A model generated the notes under the pieces. It saw only the letters and a list, made by a program, of their open reading frames with translations, was not told the origin of the DNA and did not search any database. 39,338 nucleotides of DNA from a virus. Both the position numbers and the translations under genes were made by a program. The stretch covers positions 1 through 39,338 of the IMG/VR virus record IMGVR_UViG_3300034684_000358. One strand, 5' to 3'. Shown here piece by piece: positions 26,087-34,324 of this stretch; positions within the stretch are counted from its first letter, which is position 1, and every line of letters starts with the position of its first letter.

Positions 26087-27484
26087 CTAAATCACCCTCC
26101 ACGAAAGGTGTGCCCTCCTGTATCTCTTCTTCCTATTATGCCACGCAGAAATCAAGGTTCCCCCACAATCATATTCGGTCAGCACAAGAGAGTCAGCCAA
26201 ATCAGGAGAAAATCCCAACTCCTTCCGCATTGTATCCTTATCAGCCACAACTAGCTGATTGCCCGCCCACTTTGCCTTCACACTACTCAATTCATCCACC
26301 AAATCCTCACTTGGTGGCAGGGCGATTTGCCGATTAGCTATCCTCTCCCTCAGCTGCCACCACAGCTCATCCCTCAATCTCCTCCATTGTTGGGGATCAC
26401 TACTCCTCCATCCAACATTCACATCCACAACATTCTTCCCCAATTGCCTTAGCCTATCAGCAACTGGCCCACCTAATCCAACCGCATCAACATATATCAC
26501 ACTCTCATCCCTACCAGCCAGATTATCCATCACCCACTCACACATCACCATTGTGTCTTTCTCATATGTGTAAAGCTGCTCATCCACCCACAACCCATAT
26601 CTCAGGGTCATCACAGTCCTATCCGGACCACTCCTGGCAACATCCAATCCAACAACCAGAGGCTCCTGCCTAATCTCATCCTTATCAAACTGATACCAAT
26701 ACTGCTGACATTCAATAATTTTGCTTCTTGGTATCAGGGTATCTGCAGATTGGCGTGGGAATTCTCCCAAAACACGCACCCTGTATGGGTCGCTATCTAC
26801 TCCATACTTATTTCTATAAAATTCAATGTATGAGGCATCAACATTTGGACTCTCTTCACTATTCCAGGTTAGGGTGAACCATCTATCCTTATCATGATGA
26901 AACACATCATAAAAATACCCACTATCTTTTGTGGGGTTTCCAATCAGCAAAACCTTATTATCTGGCCTTGTCAAGATACCTTCAAGAGGTTTGAATACCG
27001 GATCAGGCACACCACTTGCCTCATCCACTACAACCAAAAAATGATCTTCGTGGTAGCCAGCCAGTGTTTCTGCCTGTTCTTCCGGAGATGCCTTCACACT
27101 AGCTGTAGCCCCTCTAAAAAACCACGTACGCTTGTGACCAGCTATATAAATCAAATCCTTCTCAATAACAAATTCATCCCTCAAAGGAGATTTCCTAATC
27201 CATTTAGCTACTTCTCCCCACAAAACATCATATAATTGCCTAAATATCGGAGCGGTAGCTACACCCCTACTATGAGGGCGAGTGAGGAGGAACCACAAAA
27301 TAATCCAACTTGCACAAGCATCCTTCCCTGTCCCATGGCCTGATTTGACAGCCATCCTCCTTTGGTGTGGGACAGCTCTCAACAATTCCTGCTGCTGTGG
27401 AGTAGGCTTTGCACCAAAAACCTGCTCCACAAACAGGCAAGGATTCTTCCTCCACTCTAATATGGTTTTGGCAGCAGCTTGCAT
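26087..27484 (-). CDS. terL: Terminase large subunit
   Basis: Walker A KSGHGTGKDA and Walker B LVVVDEASGV. RNaseH-like nuclease Asp motifs VGLDVARSG and IYVDAVGLGG. ATG 27484 lies 5 nt after GGAG (track start is GTG 27490). Confidence 0.9.
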   Translation of the reverse strand: MQAAAKTILEWRKNPCLFVEQVFGAKPTPQQQELLRAVPHQRRMAVKSGHGTGKDACASWIILWFLLTRPHSRGVATAPIFRQLYDVLWGEVAKWIRKSPLRDEFVIEKDLIYIAGHKRTWFFRGATASVKASPEEQAETLAGYHEDHFLVVVDEASGVPDPVFKPLEGILTRPDNKVLLIGNPTKDSGYFYDVFHHDKDRWFTLTWNSEESPNVDASYIEFYRNKYGVDSDPYRVRVLGEFPRQSADTLIPRSKIIECQQYWYQFDKDEIRQEPLVVGLDVARSGPDRTVMTLRYGLWVDEQLYTYEKDTMVMCEWVMDNLAGRDESVIYVDAVGLGGPVADRLRQLGKNVVDVNVGWRSSDPQQWRRLRDELWWQLRERIANRQIALPPSEDLVDELSSVKAKWAGNQLVVADKDTMRKELGFSPDLADSLVLTEYDCGGTLISAWHNRKKRYRRAHLSWRVI

Positions 27485-27486
27485 CT

Positions 27487-27735
27487 TCACTCCGTGAAGG
27501 GGCCATCTAACATTTGCAGCAGCAGATTTTTAGCCCTTTCCAAAACAGCAATTACATAATAAACATCTCCCTCACTACAGCTGACAAAGAGGGAGCCATG
27601 CCCATATTCTCCAATCACAATCACATCATCAAATGCACCAGCCTCTTTCAATGCCTTCTGCAAAATCTCTTCAGGCAGCACACAATTCTCCTCAATAGGC
27701 ACTCCATCCGGGAAGGAAAGCACATTTTGACTCAT
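27487..27735 (-). CDS. Hypothetical acidic protein, 82 aa; positional candidate for a small terminase component
   Basis: Coupled to terL on one side and by an ATGA overlap to the 51-aa ORF on the other. No DNA-binding motif seen. Confidence 0.6.
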   Translation of the reverse strand: MSQNVLSFPDGVPIEENCVLPEEILQKALKEAGAFDDVIVIGEYGHGSLFVSCSEGDVYYVIAVLERAKNLLLQMLDGPFTE

Positions 27736-27887
27736 CTTTTCTTCCTTACTTTGTGTTTTGGAGATAGTTTCGGCTCACCCTTCTTTCTTGTTGCATTATA
27801 TATTTTAGCTGCCTTCTCCTTCGCTGCCTTCTCACTCATCCCTTCTTTCTTAAATTTATCCCTCATTGCTTCATATCTTCTCGGCAT
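27732..27887 (-). CDS. Small highly basic protein, 51 aa; not in the ORF track
   Basis: ATG 27887 follows GGAGAAAGGTG. Product is MPRRYEAMRDKFKKEGMSEKAAKEKAAKIYNATRKKGEPKLSPKHKVRKKR. ATGA overlap with the next gene. Confidence 0.55.
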   Translation of the reverse strand: MPRRYEAMRDKFKKEGMSEKAAKEKAAKIYNATRKKGEPKLSPKHKVRKKR

Positions 27888-27949
27888 CACCTTTCTCCAA
27901 CAATCTAACTAAGGCAGCCACCAACTTCTTGGCCATCTCCTTCTCTTGC

Positions 27950-28207
27950 CTAGTCAGGTGGCGAGCTACCTGGATCTCCAATAACACCTGCTTCGCCCAT
28001 CGCGGAATCCCCACATTTCATTTCATACATCTCCTTAATTACAGTTTCAACATCACGTATAATGCAATCAACACCAGCAACGCAATCCAAACATTGCACT
28101 CCGTAGAAAGCAACATGGCGCAATATCCTCCTCCTCAACAATCCCCACCTGGATGTGATATGCCTAACCCTGTCCTGCACTTCCATCAAAGTTGTCTCTT
28201 CCATCAT
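27950..28207 (-). CDS. Hypothetical Cys-containing protein, 85 aa
   Basis: AGGAG upstream of tandem ATGs (28207/28204). Confidence 0.6.
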   Translation of the reverse strand: MMEETTLMEVQDRVRHITSRWGLLRRRILRHVAFYGVQCLDCVAGVDCIIRDVETVIKEMYEMKCGDSAMGEAGVIGDPGSSPPD

Positions 28208-28218
28208 CACACTCCTGG

Positions 28219-28236
28219 AGATATGCCAGCATATCT
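28219..28236. promoter_or_regulatory. Inverted repeat AGATATGC-NN-GCATATCT just upstream of the 27950..28207 RBS
   Basis: 8-2-8 perfect arms. Confidence 0.4.
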
Positions 28237-28285
28237 AATCAAAGCGGAAGCGCCAGATCCACTTATTGCAACAGTTAAACCATTC

Positions 28286-28531
28286 CTAGCTCTGGCCCTT
28301 ATATTGCCTTCTCCAATCTGCAAATCCTCTCCCTTTTACACTACTTGCTATATAACTTATAGCATCCTCAATTTTGCCTCCGACGTATGCTTTGCGCCAG
28401 TAGTATCCCATCACCCCCAACTGGGGGACATATCCCCATTCGAGTTGGTCACGGTTTTGGATAATTTCGATTGCTGCATTTAGGAAATCACATGTCGAAC
28501 ATGCTGTTTTTTTATCTGTAGTTTTCATCAT
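28286..28531 (-). CDS. Hypothetical protein, 81 aa
   Basis: ATG 28531 (MMKTTDKK...) follows AAGGAAAGGAAGG. Only the 3' part of track ORF 28286..28855 is credible, because its 5' part is out of frame over the lysozyme gene. Confidence 0.6.
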   Translation of the reverse strand: MMKTTDKKTACSTCDFLNAAIEIIQNRDQLEWGYVPQLGVMGYYWRKAYVGGKIEDAISYIASSVKGRGFADWRRQYKGQS

Positions 28532-29069
28532 AACCTTCCTTTCCTTTAAGGAGCATCTTGGCGGTACGCTCTGCGCGCTGGGGTGTCTGCCTGGCCCACT
28601 TGCTATCCAGCGCTTCCCTATAGGCCCTTTCCCAATCAGCTTCGCCGATTGCCTTAAGCATCTTTTTGAACGCAAGCAGCTTGGCTCTGCCAAGCTGGTA
28701 GGCCATGGAGAGCAAGGCCATCTGCCTGGCTTCGCCAATCCTGTGCCACCAGGGAAACTGCTGCGCAGCCCACTCAGAAAGCTCTTCAATATCTCTCCTA
28801 AGCAGCTCCTCACAGATGTCCTCAGGAAGCCCTCTATCTTCGATATTGTAGCCATAGCCGATGGTCCACTTCCCAGCAGTGCACTTATAGAGCTTGCTCC
28901 TGAAGCCCTCCTCCCGCTTAATAAGCTCTATGAGCTTTTCTCTATCCATCTCCCTGGCCCTCCTTTCCATAGCCCACATGATCCACGCCCGCCACCATGG
29001 CTCGCCGTCATCCATGAGCGCCTGCCGGAACAGCGCATCGGCGCACGCCCTGCTGCACACCTGCTTCAA
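28512..29069 (-). CDS. GH24 (T4-lysozyme-type) muramidase; start uncertain (TTG 29069, ATG 29015 or ATG 28949)
   Basis: KREEGFRSKLYKCTAGKWTIGYGYN aligns by eye with T4 lysozyme [22 protein letters not shown]. ATG 28949 has AGGAGGG 8 nt upstream, but the upstream 40 codons keep G/C-rich third positions. Confidence 0.8.
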   Translation of the reverse strand: MKQVCSRACADALFRQALMDDGEPWWRAWIMWAMERRAREMDREKLIELIKREEGFRSKLYKCTAGKWTIGYGYNIEDRGLPEDICEELLRRDIEELSEWAAQQFPWWHRIGEARQMALLSMAYQLGRAKLLAFKKMLKAIGEADWERAYREALDSKWARQTPQRAERTAKMLLKGKEGYDENYR

Positions 29070-29102
29070 GAACGTGGGCTTTGTTGTCCGGTAAGGCCCT
29101 AC

Positions 29103-29579
29103 TTACTGCTTAGCCGCCACCATGGCCTCAAGGTCAGAAAGACGCTTAAGGGTAGCGTCATAAGGGACCAAGGCCGCAAAATCCGGCAAACCCATGGCCG
29201 GATCACTTGCGTGTTGACGATAAACGGCAATACATTGGACGATCCAGTCCCAGATGCGCTGGGTTTCCTGGAGAATGTCCTGCCAGTCATTCAGCACGGC
29301 CAACATGGAGATACTCTGAATGCTGTTTTGCGTCGGAATGGGATAGTGTGCATAGATATGGGCATGCAAAAGCCGTTCACATGTGGCCCTATGGGCTGCC
29401 TTAACCAACTCATGGTCTGCTGAAAACACCTGAGGCACCGGTTCGCCTTTCTCATTGAGTTGAGGCCATGAAGATACCTCAACGAACAGAGCATTTGGGT
29501 CGTCGCATTGCGGCAGAGTGTGATAGGTGCCCCATTCGATATAGATGTCGTCGTTGCGTTTATATAGTCCAAGATACAT
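29103..29579 (-). CDS. RBP-adjacent accessory protein, 158 aa; putative fibre assembly chaperone; paralog of 31819..32253
   Basis: Clear similarity to the 31819 product (MYLGLYKRNDDIYIEWGTY / MYLRLCLRDEYYIEGGTY; TCERLLHAHIY / TCERMLHKHIF; CIAVYRQHASDPAMGLP / CIAIYRQHAANPSLGLP). TAGGAGG upstream. Confidence 0.6.
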   Translation of the reverse strand: MYLGLYKRNDDIYIEWGTYHTLPQCDDPNALFVEVSSWPQLNEKGEPVPQVFSADHELVKAAHRATCERLLHAHIYAHYPIPTQNSIQSISMLAVLNDWQDILQETQRIWDWIVQCIAVYRQHASDPAMGLPDFAALVPYDATLKRLSDLEAMVAAKQ

Positions 29580-29588
29580 GATAACCTC

Positions 29589-30671
29589 CTATCGTCTAAT
29601 AAATGACCCATCACTTGAAAGCGTGTTTGCTGTAATGTTTGTCGTGCCAGAGCCGCCATTATTCTTTATAAATGAACCCTCGTATGCAGCAAAATCATAA
29701 TTAGAAGCCCCAGATATATAAATGCCACGCACATTAACTTTTGCTAGATTCACAGCAAGAACTCCATTGTAAAAATTCCCTGTGACATTTATCTGATATC
29801 CCGGCAAGGTGCTGTCTAACCAAACCATAGCCCCACCTGCCGATTGGATTACTGATTCTAATGTGTAGCCATCTGCTACCGTGATTTCCAGGGGCCAGGA
29901 ATTAAATTTGACATAGAGGAGAGCATCAGCCCTGTAAGCTCTTAAACCCACTGCTTTAGCATTTGTTATAGAGATATCCTCAACATAAGTGCTCCCACCA
30001 TTAGTAGAAAGTGCCAAATTAAAATTATCAAATCCTACATTTTTAATATAAGCAAATGGGTTTTGATAACGCCATTCATAATTTAGAGCTATCCCTGTAA
30101 AATCCACCGTGCTAGAAACACTCTGTATTGTTAAGTCTTGAATCCAAACACCTGGAGTTCTAACATAATAACAGGCTGATACATATCCCGGATTAAACTG
30201 TAGGACCGTTGATGATATTCCGGCACCCGCTATTTTCACAAGGCCAGGGCCTGGAGCATAAAGACTCATTCCGTAGTCACCAGTTGCATCAAAAGTCCCT
30301 TCAGGAATGCTGAAGGTTACCGTAACACCCGGTAAGATGTAATAACTTTTGAGCCAGTTAAACGCGTCTCTCAGATTGGCGAAATCTGCGCCGTCACCAT
30401 AAACGGTCTTGGTGGTATTACTGCTGATAATCTGCACCAAATCCGACGCATGTTTACCATCCAATAAATCAGCATCCAAGCCAGATCCACTGCCATCCAC
30501 ATTCTTAACCTTAGTCAATACATCCGCATCATCATAATCCGCCAATTTCACATAAGCAGAATCATGGTTATGGGTAGATGTAGCAAAGTAGCTAGAGTCA
30601 TGCCCGTCCAGAGTATCCGCATCCAAAACACTCTCACTTCCTTCAAGGTCGATCTTTCTGAAGTATGCCAT
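29589..30671 (-). CDS. Tail fibre/tailspike (receptor-binding protein) 1, 360 aa
   Basis: N-terminal DADTLDGHDSSYF...HNH and DADLLDGKHASD repeats typical of phage fibre N-termini. Beta-rich C-terminal body. Homologous ends with 32263..33339. Confidence 0.6.
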   Translation of the reverse strand: MAYFRKIDLEGSESVLDADTLDGHDSSYFATSTHNHDSAYVKLADYDDADVLTKVKNVDGSGSGLDADLLDGKHASDLVQIISSNTTKTVYGDGADFANLRDAFNWLKSYYILPGVTVTFSIPEGTFDATGDYGMSLYAPGPGLVKIAGAGISSTVLQFNPGYVSACYYVRTPGVWIQDLTIQSVSSTVDFTGIALNYEWRYQNPFAYIKNVGFDNFNLALSTNGGSTYVEDISITNAKAVGLRAYRADALLYVKFNSWPLEITVADGYTLESVIQSAGGAMVWLDSTLPGYQINVTGNFYNGVLAVNLAKVNVRGIYISGASNYDFAAYEGSFIKNNGGSGTTNITANTLSSDGSFIRR

Positions 30672-30682
30672 CTTCTATCCTC

Positions 30683-31006
30683 CTACCATCCCACAACGAT
30701 CACATCGTAACTGGTGCCGTCGAAGCCGGAGGGTGTCACCTTGAGCTTCACAGCAGGCGCTTCGAGCTGATAGGCGGTGGGAGTGAGCATGGAAATCTTG
30801 GTATCCAGCGTAATGTATTCGTCGGAACCAAGCATTTGCACCGCTACGGAAAGCGTCCCCGCCGTAGGTGAGCCGTGCGGCGTCACCAAAATGGTGTGAT
30901 TCGTATAAGCACGGTCTCCCAAGATATTCGGCAAAGAAATCACCTGCTCTCCATCGGCCTGAGTAAGGCCGGAAGTGACAATGGGAGAGTATCCGGTTTT
31001 GCTCAT
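30683..31006 (-). CDS. Hypothetical beta-rich protein, 107 aa
   Basis: ATG 31006 lies 7 nt after GGAGG (track start is TTG 31024). G+C-rich. Confidence 0.65.
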   Translation of the reverse strand: MSKTGYSPIVTSGLTQADGEQVISLPNILGDRAYTNHTILVTPHGSPTAGTLSVAVQMLGSDEYITLDTKISMLTPTAYQLEAPAVKLKVTPSGFDGTSYDVIVVGW

Positions 31007-31030
31007 ATCATTTCCTCCTTGCAAGAAATC

Positions 31031-31234
31031 TCATTCGTCTAGTTCAGCGACAAATTCGATTCTAAGCGAATCGCAAATGCGTTCGACAATCCGAAGTGCC
31101 TCTTTCACCGTGATCTTGCCGTCCACGGCCGCCACCGAAAGTTCCTCAGCCAGAAGGCCGACAAGGCCCAACACCTTAAAAAACTCACCTTCATGATTCG
31201 CTCCTTCATGCGATTCCGTGAAAGCTCGGCCCAC
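31031..31234 (-). CDS. Hypothetical helical protein, up to 67 aa; start uncertain
   Basis: No in-frame ATG. GTG 31234 lacks an SD; an internal GTG lies after GAAGGTGAG. Confidence 0.4.
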   Translation of the reverse strand: MGRAFTESHEGANHEGEFFKVLGLVGLLAEELSVAAVDGKITVKEALRIVERICDSLRIEFVAELDE

Positions 31235-31280
31235 CGAATTTCGCTACGGCCTGGTAGTAGGCCCAGGCCCGCTGAATATG

Positions 31281-31577
31281 TTAGCTACGAAGGATCTCCG
31301 CACGCTTATCCTCTGGTATGTCGCTGTAAAGGATCAGCGCCATGAGCATCCTCTTTTGACATGCCATAGCGTCCTTCAGCTCTCGCATCTCCTGACGTAG
31401 TATAGATATGGCCTGATCCGTGATCTCACCATGAGCATGTCCGAGCTTGGCACATTCAGCCCGCACTTCTCGGCAGCCCTGTTTTGTCTGGAAGAGTAAA
31501 TATCCACTGGCAAAGGTGCTTAGCGCCCCAACAATCATTCCAACCAAAGCGGATACCAGGGAGAACTCATTCGCCAT
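31281..31577 (-). CDS. Membrane-anchored coiled-coil protein, 98 aa
   Basis: AAGGAG lies 7 nt upstream. N-terminal TMD LVSALVGMIVGALSTFASGYLLF followed by a helical Cys-containing domain. Confidence 0.7.
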   Translation of the reverse strand: MANEFSLVSALVGMIVGALSTFASGYLLFQTKQGCREVRAECAKLGHAHGEITDQAISILRQEMRELKDAMACQKRMLMALILYSDIPEDKRAEILRS

Positions 31578-31588
31578 TCAAAGTCTCC

Positions 31589-31822
31589 TTATCCAAAAAT
31601 CACTTCCCATAGGCTCTTTGTCTTCGGAAAATCCTCCAAATTCTTTGCAGCTCTCTCAATGGCCTGCTCTATATCATACCATGTGAATAGAGCAGGATGC
31701 TCCACACCTGTTTCTGATTTAACAATTGCAGGAAAATAGTGCAGGGCCTCACCAAAAACCCTATCCTTATTTTCTACCTGCTCAGACAAATAAATTTTCG
31801 ATTTCACCTCAATTGCCCTCAC
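31589..31822 (-). CDS. Hypothetical protein, 77 aa
   Basis: GTG start embedded in ATGTGA with the upstream stop. GGAGG lies 4 nt upstream. Confidence 0.55.
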   Translation of the reverse strand: MRAIEVKSKIYLSEQVENKDRVFGEALHYFPAIVKSETGVEHPALFTWYDIEQAIERAAKNLEDFPKTKSLWEVIFG

Positions 31823-32253
31823 ATCGCCTCCAGTTCACTTAGACTCTTCAAACCATCCGGCTCAGGGAAGGTTGGTAGGCCCAAAGATGGATTAGCGGCA
31901 TGCTGCCTATAAATAGCAATACACTGCTTAATCCACGCCAGAATCTTCTTGCCCTCAGCCACAATATCCTGCCTGCCATCAACAACAGCTTCTGATATAA
32001 TTGCTTGAATGGTGATTTGGGAAGGAATGGGACAGAGGGAGAAGATGTGTTTGTGCAACATCCTTTCGCAGGTTTCAGCGTGAGCCCGCAACACCAGAGG
32101 ATCATCGGACTGAAATATGCGTGGCTCTTCCGCCTCCCTCCAAGTGTCTGGTACCGTCACATACAGCACATCCGGCTCCTCCACTTCGGGGAGCTGATAA
32201 TATGTGCCACCCTCAATATAATACTCATCGCGCAAACAGAGTCTGAGGTACAT
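31819..32253 (-). CDS. RBP-adjacent accessory protein, 144 aa; paralog of 29103..29579
   Basis: ATG 32253 lies 6 nt after AGGAG and aligns with the paralog N-terminus (MYL...). Confidence 0.6.
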   Translation of the reverse strand: MYLRLCLRDEYYIEGGTYYQLPEVEEPDVLYVTVPDTWREAEEPRIFQSDDPLVLRAHAETCERMLHKHIFSLCPIPSQITIQAIISEAVVDGRQDIVAEGKKILAWIKQCIAIYRQHAANPSLGLPTFPEPDGLKSLSELEAM

Positions 32254-32262
32254 AATCATCTC

Positions 32263-33339
32263 CTATCTAATAATGATAGACCCATCAGCAGAAAGGACAT
32301 TTACTGCAAAATTTGTTGAGCCGCTTCCAGCATTGTTTACAATCAATCCAGCATATCCCACAGCAAAGTCATAAATAGATGCACCAGATACAGAAACTGC
32401 TGGAGCTTCTATGTGCGCTCCAGCCGAACGCACTCCGTAGACAGCTCCCGTCAGCTGAATCGATTTGCCAGATTGAATACATATAGATGAGCCAATAGCT
32501 GCATATATCCACGAATCGTTTATGGATTGCGCAGGTGGATTCGTTGTAAATCCGATAGAACCCACGCTACCATAACAAAACCTGTACCCCCAAGAAACAT
32601 CTAATATGCACAAACAATCTGTGGTGACCACTCTGGAGCCAAACAGCGCAATAAATGCTGCAAACATGCCAGAAATACGAACCGAATTGGCGTTTATGAC
32701 ACCACCATGCATCAAATTAAAGGCAACCGCATTAGATAGCGCTGAGCCAGCTCCCTGCAGTTTTAGGTGTTGTATGTTGAATGTTGTTGGAATCGAGATA
32801 AAAAAAGCAGCATTGTCGCCAAAACATTGCAGCACACTAGATTCTGCACCAGCACCAGCTACAATTATCCTATCAAGACATGGATGTACAGGAACGATGG
32901 GAGTCTCTGCTGTTATATCAAACACACCTGAGGGGATTGATAATGTGACAGTTACATCATTGGGGATCCACTTATCCTTCAAAAAGTCGAATGCTTCGGT
33001 GAGGGTAGCAAAATCTGCTCCGCTTCCATATACCTGATAAGTCACATTCGAAGTGATTACCTGAGTGAAATCGGTTGCAACTTTCCCTTGTAAACTAGCA
33101 GCATCAATCCCCAAAGCATCGTGTGCAGCCTTGGTATGGTCAGTCAAATCAGAGAGGGAATGATTGTGAGAGGCAGCTGCGAAGGCAGATGCATGTTGGC
33201 CATCAAGAGTATCCGCATCAATCCCCAGCAAATCATGTGCGGATTTGGTGTGGTCAGCTACTGCCATCAGCTCCCCATTATGCACCTTCAAAAGAGCGTC
33301 ATCTACATCACTCCCAATTAAGGAAAGTTTATATGCCAT
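32263..33339 (-). CDS. Tail fibre/tailspike (receptor-binding protein) 2, 358 aa
   Basis: N-terminal DADTLDGQHASAF...HNH motif. C-terminal end ...SADGSIIIR parallels ...SSDGSFIRR of RBP 1. Confidence 0.6.
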   Translation of the reverse strand: MAYKLSLIGSDVDDALLKVHNGELMAVADHTKSAHDLLGIDADTLDGQHASAFAAASHNHSLSDLTDHTKAAHDALGIDAASLQGKVATDFTQVITSNVTYQVYGSGADFATLTEAFDFLKDKWIPNDVTVTLSIPSGVFDITAETPIVPVHPCLDRIIVAGAGAESSVLQCFGDNAAFFISIPTTFNIQHLKLQGAGSALSNAVAFNLMHGGVINANSVRISGMFAAFIALFGSRVVTTDCLCILDVSWGYRFCYGSVGSIGFTTNPPAQSINDSWIYAAIGSSICIQSGKSIQLTGAVYGVRSAGAHIEAPAVSVSGASIYDFAVGYAGLIVNNAGSGSTNFAVNVLSADGSIIIR

Positions 33340-33353
33340 AACACATCTCCAAT

Positions 33354-33632
33354 CTACTCAAAATGGTCCAAAACATCCATCAAAACACTGCTGCTCCTCA
33401 GCAACATTGAGCCAATTCGGACTTCCAATTGCAAAATCCACTCCCCAGCCTCATCAATATCCCCAACCTCCACCAGCCAATAGCAGGAATTATTATCAAA
33501 TAAAGCGGCCGTTTTGCTCCCACCAACTCCAGAAGGCTTTTTGTAGTGGATTGTTAGGGAGGTGGCATTTGTCAAATCCAAATTTGTCTGCAGCAGTACA
33601 TTAAACCCATATGTGCCCTTATATATTTTCAT
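33354..33632 (-). CDS. Hypothetical beta-rich protein, 92 aa
   Basis: ATG 33632 with a weak SD (GGGA). Lies immediately upstream of RBP 2. Confidence 0.5.
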   Translation of the reverse strand: MKIYKGTYGFNVLLQTNLDLTNATSLTIHYKKPSGVGGSKTAALFDNNSCYWLVEVGDIDEAGEWILQLEVRIGSMLLRSSSVLMDVLDHFE

Positions 33633-33658
33633 CTCACATCCCACAAATTTTGGATTTG

Positions 33659-33844
33659 TTAATAGAAGAAGGATGTATTAAACACATATTGATATTGCTC
33701 ATCCACATCTGGGAATATTACCTGCGCAGAAATTGTCATTCCCCAAACCAGCAGCAATTCATCAGCCACATCCACTAAATCCTGTCCACTCAAATCTTTC
33801 AATGGAGAGCTTTCTAAAATACCTGATATGGGTGAAAGGGCCAC
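33659..33844 (-). CDS. Hypothetical acidic protein, 61 aa
   Basis: GTG start 6 nt after GGGAGG. Confidence 0.5.
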   Translation of the reverse strand: MALSPISGILESSPLKDLSGQDLVDVADELLLVWGMTISAQVIFPDVDEQYQYVFNTSFFY

Positions 33845-33887
33845 CTCAAACCTCCCTTCTTCACGCCGTTAAAAATAAACATTTGAT

Positions 33888-34262
33888 TTAGTGCAGCTCC
33901 TGCTTCGCAGGTTTCTCCTCCCCATCCTCAAAATAAATCCCTTCTTCCCCAATCTCCTCATGAATTTGCTCCAGCCAGTGTTTGGTGACATCTGTCGGCT
34001 TCTCATCAATAACCCGCAGCCAGTGCAGCAACCTATCAGCAAAGCGGACCAAATCTCCCAATTTATAATCCCCCGAAGCAATCTTCTCCTTCACAGCCTC
34101 CCTGGTTTCAAAATATAATTCCAGCACATCCCTCCTCAGCACCTTTGTGAGGGATTCGGGCGTGCCCATCACATCATAAATAATTTGCTCATCAACATCA
34201 CCCTTCTTCAATTTATTTTGTTTATCCAAAAATTCCATTGCCTTAATTAGAAGATCACTCAT
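33888..34262 (-). CDS. Hypothetical acidic protein, 124 aa
   Basis: ATG 34262 lies 8 nt after GAGGAG (track start is TTG 34268). Confidence 0.7.
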   Translation of the reverse strand: MSDLLIKAMEFLDKQNKLKKGDVDEQIIYDVMGTPESLTKVLRRDVLELYFETREAVKEKIASGDYKLGDLVRFADRLLHWLRVIDEKPTDVTKHWLEQIHEEIGEEGIYFEDGEEKPAKQELH

Positions 34263-34303
34263 TTGCAAATCTCCTCATAAATAGAGCAAATTACCTAGTA
34301 GAT

Positions 34304-34322
34304 CGTCTTGCATAGCAAGACG
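34304..34322 (-). promoter_or_regulatory. Stem-loop CGTCTTGC/GCAAGACG directly after the HExxH gene stop
   Basis: 8-bp perfect arms with a 3-nt loop and no U-tract. Lies in the 56-nt gap between 34325 and 34262. Confidence 0.5.
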
Positions 34323-34324
34323 TG

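Noticed and set aside
27871-27936. 21-aa minus-strand ORF (MAKKLVAALVRLLEKGDAEKI) with GAAGGAG upstream
   Set aside because: It is too short to support without conservation or expression data, although it fills the gap between two genes.
28743-29423. 226-aa plus-strand ORF, and the 5' part of minus ORF 28286..28855
   Set aside because: Both overlap the motif-supported GH24 lysozyme and its neighbour in a G+C-rich stretch where long spurious ORFs are expected. Only the SD-led 3' portion 28286..28531 was kept.
29589-33339. Diversity-generating retroelement or invertible host-range switch acting on the duplicated fibre genes
   Set aside because: No reverse transcriptase, invertase or recombinase gene was found. 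No template/variable repeat pair and no inverted crossover sites were seen. The two cassettes are in the same orientation.
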